Source of the DNA: Heteronotia binoei | Lineage: Eukaryota | Assembly: GCF_032191835.1 (NCBI RefSeq) | Contig: NC_083237.1 | Location: 29,698,001 to 29,762,000, forward strand | DNA length: 64,000 nucleotides | Direction of reading: 5' to 3' | Shown: positions 23,863 through 35,700 of the stretch, piece after piece | Layout: every line of letters starts with the position of its first letter | Position numbering within the stretch: the first letter of the stretch is position 1 | The notes under the pieces: generated by a model | The model's database searches: none | The model's input: only the letters and a program-made list of their open reading frames with translations | What the model was told of the DNA's origin: nothing | Program-made: the position numbers and the translations under genes

Positions 23863-24580
23863 TACTGTATTTTTCGCTCCATAAGATGCACCTAGTTTTT
23901 CCTGTTTTCCTCCTCTAAAAACTAGGCAAGGAGAGCTCCAGCAGCAGCCCCAATGGCTGCTCCCGGCGGTGGCAGGGGGAGGTGGCGGTGGCTTCCGGGC
24001 TGGCTCCAGCGCACAGCGGGGCTGCTGCAGCTCTCCTTGCTGGGGCTGCTGCAGCCGCTAGTCGGTGTGCCTTGCAACGGTGCCTTGTTCTTCTGGTTGC
24101 TTTTGCCCCACAGCGATGAGCCCTGCGGCAAGCTGCGCAGGGGTGGTGGTGGTGATGCTTTGGGTCCTCCGTGTCACGGTTGTGCAGGCGGATCAGCCCG
24201 ATCTTCCGCAGCAGAGTAGCCATCTTCTGCACAGCCTCCTTCCTTGGGTGGGGCAATCTGCCGCTGGCGCCTCCCAGCGCCAAAAGCCTGGGCGGGGGCA
24301 GGGGGGAGGCACTCCAGGAGGCAGAGCCCCCCTCTCGCCACGCTCACTCGCCGCTTTGTGGCACAGCCGTCGGGGATGCTGCTGCGGGCGGCATTGCAGC
24401 CTTTGGGCTGCCTCTGCCGGGGGCGTCAGAGCCGCGCAGCCAGAGCCAAGCAACAGGCATTTGCAGGCTGCGACTCCGGGCGTGGAAAGCGAAGGGGCCC
24501 CCCCTTCCTCCTGCTGGTGCTCGCTCCATAAGACGCACACAGTTTCCCACCCTCTTTTTTGAAAAAAAGTTCAAAAAAAC
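23863..24580. mobile_element. Tc1/mariner(pogo)-type MITE end enclosing a captured GC-rich exon-like fragment
   Basis: TACTGTATTTTTCGCTCCATAAGATGCAC at 23863-23891; TCGCTCCATAAGACGCAC repeated at 24521-24538; 10-bp inverted repeat at 23891/23917; CpG-rich interior; right terminus appears lost. Confidence 0.5.
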
Positions 24581-25540
24581 TTGAGAAAGCATGTAGGTTA
24601 TTTTGTCTGATTTTTAAAGAAAATTATTACACAATTTGGATTTAGAGATAGAATATTAACTGATGGGAGGTGCGTAGGCTTTGACAGCCTGTTGGCCAGA
24701 TTTAACCCACAGTGGCCACATGGATTTCTGGGATAGAACAATGAGATGTCAGGCTGTCTGGTGGAAGTATATAGATTCCCAGAAGCTAACACTGAATGCG
24801 TATTTCTTGCTATTTAGTCTCAAGTAAGCTGACTATTCTCTTCTTGGGACAAGGTTACAAGTTATGCGGTTGGCCCTGCAGAAGTCCAAGAGTTTTTTAA
24901 AGTGGATTCCCAACAAATTTACCAGTTAATCTCTGTGGACAGGGATTGTTATATTTTCTGTATGATAAATAAAATTCTAAAAGCAGTTGGAACTTAATAC
25001 ATGAATGTCTTGTTTCTTTTGCTTAATTCACGCCGCTTTATTCTCTTAATAAAGTTCAGATTTGGGGGGGGGGGGGGGCTAGGTGACTAGACAGATAAAA
25101 TCATAGAGGCAAGTAGTAGAAGCCAGGAGTGGATGTTGGAATGAGAGATGTGAGTTGAAGTGGCATTACTGAATGGTATAGGATAACCTGACACCATAAA
25201 TCATGTTTGCAAATTATACTGCTCCATCCTATGTTTCACCCAGCCTGAAATGTCCTTCCAGTCTCTCTCTCCCCCCTTCCCTTCATTACAAGGACTTGCC
25301 ATCTTGTACTTAGAAGCTTGTTTTCCATGAATAGTTGTAAAATTCAGATATTCCTGCTAGTGGGGGAAGTTCAGTGTATGGGAATGTCAGACACTGAAAA
25401 GGAGCATGTAGAGCCTTGATTCCTAAGGATTGTCTTGGTGGAGCAGACCGAAAGGCCTGAATTGTGCACACATTGGAATTCCACACAGAATGGCATGCAA
25501 TAGCAGATGTCTTATCTTCACTTTCCTTACAGTCAGTTAG

Positions 25541-25835
25541 AAGAGCCCTGTGGCACAAAGTGGTAAAGCTTCAGTACTACAGTCCAAGCTCTACTCACGA
25601 CTTGAGTTCAATTCTGCGGAAGCTGGGTTCAGGTAGTTGGCTCAAGGTTGACTCAGCCTTCCATCCTTCAGAGGTCTGTAAAATGAGTACCCAGCTTGCT
25701 GGGGGGAAAGTGTAGATGACTGGGGAAGGCAATGGCAAACCACCCCGTTAAAAAAGTCTGCCATGAAAATGTGAAAGCAACATCACCCCAGAGTCAGAAA
25801 CGACTAGTACTTGCACAGGAGATTACCTTTACCTT
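25541..25835 (+). mobile_element. Sauria SINE, full length
   Basis: Same family as 7121; flanking direct repeat ttacagtcagt at 25527-25537 and 25836-25846. Confidence 0.85.
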
Positions 25836-25911
25836 TTACAGTCAGTAGGGGAAGTAGTGAATGAGTAGTGACCGGGAAGACATCATTTTTGGGGTAAGTG
25901 ATGTTGGGCTG

Positions 25912-26371
25912 TTGAAGACGTAGCTGCGCTGGGCAGGGCATATTTCTAGGATGGAAAACCACCGCCTTCCCAAGATTGCCCTGTATGGCGAACTTCCCAC
26001 TGGCCATCGAAATAGAGGGGCACCAAAGAGGTACAAGGACTCCTTGAAGAAATCCCTTGGTACCTGTTGCATTAACCATCGCCAGTGGTCTGACCTAGCC
26101 TCAGATCGCAAAGCATGGAGGCATACCATCCACCAGGCTGTCTCTTCCTTTGAGAACGCATGCATAGCTGGTCTTGAGGACAAAAGGAGATTGAGGAAGA
26201 ATCGCACTGCTACAGCACCAACCCCAAATCAGACTTTTCCCTGCAGCTACTGTGGCCGGATCTGCCTGTCCCGCATTGGTCTTGTCAGCCACCAGCGAGC
26301 CTGCAGCAGACGTGGACTACTGCACCCTTCTTAAATCTTCGTTCGCGAAGTCAAGCCGAGAGAGAGAGAGA
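25912..26371 (+). mobile_element. RTE-clade LINE 3' fragment
   Basis: Near-identical to the 3' end of 40890-43812; C-terminal C2H2 finger (CSYCGRICLSRIGLVSHQRAC); (GA)n tail; 12-bp TSD GATGTTGGGCTG at 25900-25911 and 26372-26383. Confidence 0.9.
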
Positions 26372-26614
26372 GATGTTGGGCTGACTATGTTACAGGATGA
26401 TTATGAGAAGAATGTAGAGGAAGGGAGAACAGTATATTCAGTCAAGACTCCTTGGAGGAGGGGGAGGAAAGAAAAAAATTATACTAATCTCTCCTACTGC
26501 AGCACAAAAGAGCTGGCTCCTTGACTATGAGCCACTTCTCCCAGCATCCCTCACGCTAGGGCCTAGTAGGCCACTATAAAGCCGCACTTTTTACAAAAAA
26601 CAAAGATGGCTGTC

Positions 26615-26620
26615 TTTATT
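26615..26620 (-). terminator. ACP4 polyadenylation signal
   Basis: AATAAA on the minus strand about 40 nt after the stop codon. Confidence 0.7.
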
Positions 26621-26659
26621 TTGGTATGGGGCTTTCCTTGTTGCTGTTGGTCCATCTTC

Positions 26660-26745
26660 TCACCTCCTCCAGTACAAGACACAAACACCAACAAATGCCA
26701 CACTCAGCAGACCCACTACGACAGCCAAAGCAGTTATGGTGCGTC
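26660..26745 (-). CDS. ACP4: ACP4 exon 11 (TM anchor, stop)
   Basis: [28 protein letters not shown]. Confidence 0.88.
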
Positions 26746-29700
26746 CTGCAAACAAGTGAGGGAATGGGTGTAAGTGGGCTTTGCCTGACTCCTCTATCCC
26801 AAGGAGGGAAAACAAAGGCGGGAGCGGATGTTTCTAGTGCCCCACTGATGGACCTCCTGATGGCGCCCGGGTTTTTTTGCCACTGTGACAGAGTGTTGGG
26901 CTGGATGGGCCATTGGCCTGATCCAATATGGCTTCTCTTATGTTCTTATGATGCAGTCTCTGTTCTTACCTGGCCCTCCTTGCGGGTTTTGACATTCAGC
27001 TTCCCAGTCCTGAGGCATAACCCTACGTGTAAGGCGAATGAAGAGCGGCAGGGGGCAAGGTGTGGGGCAGCCAGGTAAGGCTAATGTGTGGGGTTGCTGG
27101 CCACTTTCATTGCGATAGAACATGGACACACTGAATGAACTGGAACAAGAGGAGAAAAATGGGAAAGCTCAGTTGAAGGTGCTTCTCAGCGCCAGTGGTC
27201 ACAGTGCCTCAAGATACGTGGTGCTTTCCTTCAAGCCCAGCCCTAAAAGTCTTCCACAGCTTCCTCTTTAACCTCTCTCTGTTCCGAATCTAAAATTTTA
27301 CTTGGTAGCATTGAGTCAATCACTGTTTCAGCCTAACCTCTACCACAAAGGGTTGCTAGTCAGGAACATGAGAAAAGCCCTCCTGGACCAATCTGAACAT
27401 CAGTCTAATCCAACATTTGGTTGCAGAGGCCAACTAGACGTGTTGGGAAGGTTCCCAAGTGGGGAGAGAAGAAGTAGTGCTTCCCCTCCCCCACTGAGGT
27501 ACATTGCCTCTGAAAATGGAGATTCCACTTAACTGTCATGGCTTAGCCCCCTCTGGATTTCCCTGGTTGCCTTGTAAAGCCCTTAACATCTGGCAGAGAA
27601 TTCCGTGTCAATTATGCATGGTGCTTTTCCACAGGAAACAATGTATAAAAGTTAGAAACAAATATTGGACTAAAGGGAATGAAAATATCTGCTTTAAACA
27701 ATACTGCAGCCTGCTCAAAAACAGCTGTTGTGTATAGTGTATGTGGTTGCTTGAGATGGGAAGATTGATAGGTTTTTCTTGGCTTATGATGCAGATAGGT
27801 AGTGTACACAGCCCTCCCTCTTAGCCTCAAGAGCTGGAAACTCCTAATTTTTAAAACAAAGTTGATGGCAGGAGATGGAGTTATCAGCCAGTATCAATGT
27901 CTGGCTCCTCTGAGTGTGCCCGCAAAGTCCTCACCATGATGCCTACATCTATTATTTCTGTGTAGCTACAGGATTATCTTCACAGGGCATACCTAAGCAC
28001 CATGTTTCTAAGTAAAAATAATCAAGTAGACATACTCATTGCTTTCTTGGTAGAACTCGAATCCGTGGCAGGCAGCGTATGGTGGAGGGTGACCATTGTA
28101 AATGCCCAGCGCCCCTTGCAGGGCAATTAAGGTACTGTCATGCTAAAACAGGACAGGAGAGCAGAAATAATTTATCAAAATGTGATTGTACATATTGGAA
28201 TACACTCGGGTACCTTCCTCCCTACCTAAAATAGTAGGTTCACCCATCTACAGCCTGTTTGGTGTAGTGAGAGGTTCACCCATCTACAGCCTGTTTGGAG
28301 AGCCAGTTTGGTGGTGTGGTTAAGTGCGTAGACTCTTATCTGGGAGAACCGGGTTTGATTCCACATTCCTCCACTTGCACCTGCTGGAATGGCCTTGGGC
28401 CAGCCATAGCTCTTGCAAGAGTTGTCCTTGAAAGGGCAGCTTCTGGGAGAGCCCTCTCAGCCCCACCCACCTCACAGGGTGTCTGTTGTGGGGGAGGAAG
28501 ATAAAAGAGATTGTAAGCCAGTCTGATTCAGAGAGAAGGGTGGGGTAAAAATCTGCAATTCTTCAGTCAACTGAGTTGTATTCTAATCCAATGGCAGACT
28601 GGTCTATAATATTCCACCATCACCTTTGAGGAGGGATATTGTCTAACACACACACCCTTGCCTTCATGCTGTTAATGGGATCTTGAATTTGCAGGTTTCA
28701 TTCGGAGAGAAGACAACAGTTCTCAGACATTTCAGTACCCTTGAAAACTATCGTTTGCACAGTTCTGTGCAGAGACAGCTTGGAGTTCTGTCCTCAATTG
28801 AGAGGCCTTAGTAGAAGAAGAGATTGGATTTATGCCCTGTCCTTCACTTGGAGTCTCAGAGCATCTTTTCCCCTTCCCTGCTACAGACACCCTATAAGGC
28901 AGGTGGGGCTGAGAGAACAGGTCTGAGAGAACTGGATGGCCCAAGTTCACCCAGCAGCTGCATGTGGAGGAGTGGGGAATCAAAACCAGTTCTCCAGATT
29001 AGAGTCCTCCACTCTTACCACTACACCAAACTAGTAGCTAGGTCACAGATCTGTGGATCAAGTAATCCCTAGTTCAAATGCCACCTTGGGTGCATCACTC
29101 ACACATTCACAGACCTTTTGCACACATTCATAGACATAATAGTACAGAAAATCAGGAATAAAAATTCAAAGCTAGGCACCAATAATTATAAATAAATTAT
29201 TGGTGCCTAGCTTTGGATTTTTATTCCTGCATCACGCTCTTTTAGGCTTAGTCCCTTATCTGTAATAGGGGGATAATAATATTGACTTATCTTACAGGGA
29301 AAATGAATGACAGTTTTGTGCCACCTTAAAGACTAGCAAATTGTTATTTTGGCGTAAGGTTTTGTGGACCAAAGCTCTCTTTGTCAGACGCACATCACAT
29401 TCACATATATGAAAAAGCATCTAACGATCTCTAGTCTGAAAGCAAACTCATTTGACTTGAAGATGCACAAGACTGGTCAGTTTTTGCTGTTACAGGCTAA
29501 CAAAGCTATTCGTGCATTACTGCCTTACAGGGTTTCTGTAAGTACAAGAATTTACAACAAGGCATTGGAAAGCAATATTCAAATACAGCAAGTGTAGTGT
29601 AGTGGTTAGAGTGGGATCTGCATTTGAATTTCTGCTGTTATGGAAGCTTGTTGGGTAACCTTGGGTCAGAGATGTTGTAAGGATAAAATGGAGGAAAGGA

Positions 29701-32700
29701 GAACCCTGTAAGCTACTTTGAGTCCAAGTCAGTGTTCCCTCTAAGCTGTTAGTGTGAGCTAGCTCACACATTTTTGTCTTAGCTCAGGAAGGATGACCCC
29801 AGAGCACACTAATTTATGCATTAGCCCACAACTTTAATGCCACTGGCTCACGAAGCAGAATTTTTACTCACAAGACTGCAGCTTAGAGGGAACATTTGTC
29901 CCCATTAGGGAAAAAAGTGGAGTGTAAATGTAAATAAATCCCTAGAGATCCTTGACTATCTGTGCCTTTCCATCTGGCCCTTTGAAACATTCAGCAGGGA
30001 AGGACTTACTGCAGAATACATGAGCATCTTCAGGGGCAGATCTCTGCACACAGCCTTGGAGAAGTTGCTCAGAATGGCACTCAGGAGCAGCCCTGCAAAT
30101 GGGGAGAGAATGCAGATCAAGAGACACAGCAGCACCAACTCTGTAAACCACAGGCAGGGGCAAGTTCTGCCTCACATCAGACAGCACTGTGGCAAGCCTG
30201 GAAGAAAAATGAGAGTGGACCTGGCCTTTCAGAAGCTGTATCTCAGACTCATCCAGCATGTGAAATACCAGCTCCTGCCACTTGGAGGTGCCATCCAACA
30301 ACACATCCATCCGTAACAGCAAAAAGGAGAATGAACATAAAACAGATTTGTAGCACAAGCTTTCATGGATTTTGTCAGAAGCACAAACAAGGCTTGTTCT
30401 CTGATGGCGCAAGGAGAAGGGCTGCTGTGGCTCACCTTGCTGCTGTCCAGAAGTGATACCAGAGAAGGTAATAAGCGTGCACACACACACAGGCTCTTGT
30501 GTGGTGACTTCTTGGACTTGTGCTGCTGGACCTCATACAAGCCCTGATGGCAATGTTAGTGTTGCAAGGTCCAAGCTGAGCCCCATGGCCCTGCTAGAGC
30601 TCAGTCTGCTCCTACAGCAGGAGGCAACCAGTAGCATGCCTGCTTGGACAACAAAAAGCCCATGCATGAGCCCTGTGACTGGAGTGTGTCCTCAGCTGCC
30701 AGACATTATGTTTACATGCTCAAATGCAGTCACTGAGGGAAGGGAGTAGTAAACGGTAGTCAAAAGCCCATGGATTTTCTTTTCTGTTCCCCCACTGTTT
30801 TCCTGAAATACATTTTACAATTTAAAAATCATGTTTTTATGTCTTATAAAGATAGACAGATATACACACAAATACAAGATTTTTTTTCTTGTACAATATA
30901 TTACAAGGGTTTTGGAAAAGTGCATGAAAGTCAAGAGATTTAACCTGGCACATTTCTCTCTGCAAAGCCAGAATTTGTACAACTGTTCTACTACTCTGTG
31001 CTCTCTGTTTCTATATGTTTTTATCTTGCTCTCACTGCATTATGTTTCTATTCACATATCATTTCTTGCCCTGACTTGGATGGCCCAGGCCAGTCTAGTC
31101 TCATCAGAAGCTAAGCAGGGTTGGCTGTGGCTAGGACTTGAATGGGAGACCCCCCTCCCCCCCCCCACCGGGAAGTCCAGGAAAGCTACACAGAGGCAGG
31201 CAATGGCAAGCCTGGTAGAAGTGAAGGCGCCAGCTCTCTTGAGCTCTTGCCTTGTAAACCCTACCGGGTCACCCTAAATTGGCTGCAACTTAATGGCACT
31301 TTCCACCACTGATACTGTTACTGGCATTCTTTAACATGTCACTTTTGATACTTATGCCTTGTTACAGATTTCTTCAGCTCTAATTCTTTACATTGTTTAT
31401 TAGATGTTTCTTCATCCTATTGATTGATCTCACATTATGCAATCCGCCTTAAGTCTCCATGAGAAAGGTGGACTGTAACATAAATGAATTCAAGGTAAGC
31501 ACAGTGGTAATCCATGACTGCCAGAATCTTGCTAGATTTATCAAACGTAACACCTGTTGTATGGAAAGAGCCCAGAATCATGACTGAGTCCTAGCCGGTT
31601 CATATCAAGTTTTCTTATGAATTCAGAGGATTTGAATGTTAGATTCTTCCTCTGGAGGCTCTTTTGTTGGAGAATGGTGGCTTTTAACTCAGCAGCAGAA
31701 TGCCATAGGAGAGTCATCCGATGAAACTGACTTGACACTTTTACCACATCTTATGCCCCTGTTGTTTTCACTGCTTCCAAAAGTTACTTGGGAATCTGTC
31801 CTCACCTCCAGTAAATCGGGCTTTCTCTTGGCTGGCATGCATTCCCACATGGGCTTCGACATTAAATGCTTCCATCTCCTGAAGTGTGGTCAGGACCTCT
31901 GGCGTAGCCCAGCTAGGCAAACTCAGATTGTGGGTTTTCTTTCAAAGAATGAGAAAGAAAGGTGTGATTGAAGGTTATCCATTGCTGAGGGAGGAGTTGT
32001 GATGAGATGCAGTCTCCCTACCTGGCAAAAGAGGGAATCGTGCACCCTCCAAAGGCCCCTCAAGGTTAGATGCTCAGGTTTTAGGCCTGTATAGTTGGCC
32101 ATAGCAGCTATGAAGCCCTGCAAGGGAGAAGAGGTTGAATAATTAGACTGGGAACTCAGGCCTGCCTGAGAAGTAACATGATCCGCAGAGGCCCTTCTCT
32201 GGGAGATCTGTGCCTTCAGAGGTGACACAAGTGGCTAACGGAACAGAGCCTTTTCTAAGGTGGCACCTTGATTATGGAACTCATTTCCCAGAACTGCCTG
32301 TTGAATGCCTAGTCTGTTTAGATTTAGGTGCCAAATTATTCATTTCCTATTCACTTGGCCTTTTCATTTTGGTTTCTTCCTTCTCCCAAAACACTACGAT
32401 CAACCGACAAAATTGAACAGGAGTAGATTCAGGACAAACTAAAGAAAGTACTGTCTGTTGTGGGGGGAAAAGATACAGGAGATTGTAAGCTGCTCTGAGT
32501 CCCTGATTCAGAGAGAAGGGCGGGGTATAAATCTGCAGTCTTCTTCACATTATAGACAAATTATACAAATGAACCAAAGTTGACAACTTCCGCATGATTG
32601 TTGTGGGTAGTCAGCACAGAACAAACTCATGAAGTTCTTTTACACAGTGTCAGACTCCCCAGATTATCATGGTCATTCTGATTGGGTACAGCTCTCCAGG

Positions 32701-35700
32701 ATCTCAGGCAGAGGAGTTTCACATCACCTACTAGCTCATCCTTTTAACTGGAGATGCTGGGGATTAGAACTGAGCAGCTTCTGCTCATCGAGCAGAAGCT
32801 CTACCTCTAAGCCATTGCCACATGGCTGCCTTACCCCTCCTAAATGACTTCATTCACAGATCAGCTCCTTCCTGTCCTAAACAACCATGTTAGAGTCCAA
32901 CCGTTTGAAAGATTTAGCAGTGGGCTGGGTATTTCTCAACTTGGGCAGACTACGCCAGAGCTAATTAAAGATATGGTTGCAGTGGAAAGCCCCCACTGCA
33001 CTGAAATGGTTTTTCATCAGCAACTACCTCATGTTACATTTCTGTGAAATAGGAGAGAAACTTTTCCCACATAACTTCTTTTGTTGTTGCTTTCCCTCCT
33101 GTTCTTAACCTCATTCTGTCATACCTTCCAAGCCTTCATCTTTGCCTGATAGCTGGGCAAATTAATTGTCTCCTCCATCAACTGTTGGGATCGTAGGCAG
33201 TTCTGTGTTGGTGGCTTCAGCAGCTGTAGGGTACAAATAGGAAAAATGGGCAATGTCCAACCAATGCCATTTGTCAAACAGAAACTAAAGATTTGAGTAC
33301 AACATGATGTTACAGTGTTGTACAGAAGCCATGAAGAATTGTGGTAGCATTGGATGGTAACTCTCTGGAGAATCGAATTTTAAAAGTAAATACAGTGCAA
33401 ATGTAGGATTTATATTTTCATTATTCCAAATGAAATCTTGTTGTTATTTTTAATTAGTTTCATTTATAGTCTGCCTTTTTCACTGAGTCAAGGCAGTTTA
33501 TGGATATGTTACGAACCGTTCAGGCAATCAGCAAATAAATTACAAAGTATGGAAAACATTTGAATCCAACAGCAACAATTTCTTGCTCTGTTGGTCTGCA
33601 ATATAACAGCTAGATTCAAGTCCAGTAGCTCTGTAGAAACCAACAGGATTATTATCAAGAGTGTTTTAATGGAGAGAGCTTTGACTCTTGAAAGCTTATA
33701 CCCCTAAAACAGGAGTGGCCAAACTTGCTTAATATAAGAGCCATGTAGAATAAATGTCAGATGTTTGAGAGCCACAAGGCATGAATGCCAGATATTTGAG
33801 AGAGGAAGGAAGGGAGTATAGATGGGAAGGGAGGGAGAGGTGGAAAGAAAGCAACTTTAACTTTAAATGCATTCTTTAAGCTGCTGGCTGACTTGGCTTG
33901 GAGAAGTGATTTAAAGAGATAAATGCCTTCTCTAAGATGGCTGACGGGGTGTTGGGGGCTTTGAGAGCCACACAATATGTGCGAAAGACCCATATGTGGC
34001 TCCCAAACTGCAGTTTGGCCACCCTGCCCTATAATCTAGTTGATCTTTAAGGTTCTATAGGACTCGGATCTAGTGAACAGAGTAATAGAGTGGGGCTGGG
34101 CAAACTACATGTCTGAGAAAGACTGTTCAGTCAATCAGCACACTGAGTATAAACTATGATAAAACAATTCCATTTAACTGCAAAGATCCTTAATAAAGCA
34201 AAATAATCCAGTGGAGCTGGGATTGGATGTTTGTTAAACAGCACAAGCAAACAAAAGACTGATGAAGGCAACAAAACAATGCGGGAAACATTTATTGCTC
34301 AAAGGTGTCACTTCCTGAACTGATCCATTAGACTATCATCATGTCATATCATGGCACAAAATGCTCTGGCACAGGACATGTATTGTTACATAACCAGCAT
34401 AATGTCCCTCCCAAAGAACTCAGGCTAACAGTGTCCTCCTCGTTTACCTTGTCATACCTAACAGGCACTGTGTGGATGGGAATCGGTTTCCAGCCAGTCT
34501 CAGGGTCTGAGCTTGGATAAAGCCCCATCAGGTTAGCTTGAGCACTCATTATGGTGCGGTCATAATCGGTGCTGCGAACGTATATCTGAAACAGGCACAA
34601 ACATGTTTTTTGTCACATGTGTTCACCACAAGGTGTTGCAAACAAAATCGTAATCAAGTGAGATGAAAAGGGGGGGGGGAGAATTATGGGAGAGGAACTA
34701 TTTGGAAAACTCCCAGTCCCCAGTTTTCTCCAGGAGTATGAGCAGGCAAACTTTTTTGCACCCCCCTCTCTTTAAATAACTCAAAACTGTTCTCAACATT
34801 CTTTGTATCTTGGGTCATATTCAGAATTCATCAGGCTGTTTTATTTTCTTTTGGTGAATTTACAAAGTCATATTTTCCTGCATACTTTGGGATCCTCCTC
34901 AGTATATCTACATTGTCTGTAGATAGCTTTTTGCTACTTTTGTGACTGGAATCAGATCTAGCTACAGTTATTAGATATAATTATATTTAGTACAACAGTT
35001 CTATGTGTTTTCGTAGTCAGATAAAAGAAGCTTGGGAAAACTAAGCATCTTGAAATGATAGCACCAATAATAATGCTTTAATTTTCAAGGGGCTTAGCAT
35101 CAGTTGTCATCCATGCAAAATACTGAGGTTAATCAATGTTGTCCCTGTATTACAGATGGGGGACTGGAGCTGTGTGGCTAAGGCAACCTTGTGGGTTCAT
35201 GAAAGAGAAGAGTTCAGGATTTTCTGATTCACAGCTTGTAATCTTCCCCAAACAATTTCTTTTTAATGAGGTGCAACAAGCTGAAAAATATGTCCAATTG
35301 TAGCCCCTAGAAGATATTCATGGCTGGCCTGAAGGGAAAAGTAGGAGACTCAAATCTAGCTCATCTGTTATTTTTGGTAGAGTTTGCCATGAGAGGAAGC
35401 TATTCAACAGAAAAGGTCTTATTCTATCATCACCTCCATAACATGAAGGACTGCATATGTTAACTTTCTGTTTGTCCGGTAATGGTTTAAAGACACAAGA
35501 GCCTCATTTTAAAAAGGGGGGAGGGGAGAGAAGATGGCAACCATAGAAAATAGTACAGGCCAGCAGAACTTCTGGCCCACCAACCCAAACACAGCCTCTT
35601 GGGCATCTGTATTGTGCCCAGCAAAAAAACCCAAAACCTTTTGCATAGCCCCTTCCAGGCCTCAAAACCAGAAGTCACCCCATCCCCCCACCCCAGGTCC

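Noticed and set aside
29942-30750. 182-aa and neighbouring ORFs inside ACP4 intron 7
   Set aside because: They overlap ACP4 exon 8 out of frame or antisense, have no domain, and contain an LVLLDL remnant suggesting a decayed LINE.
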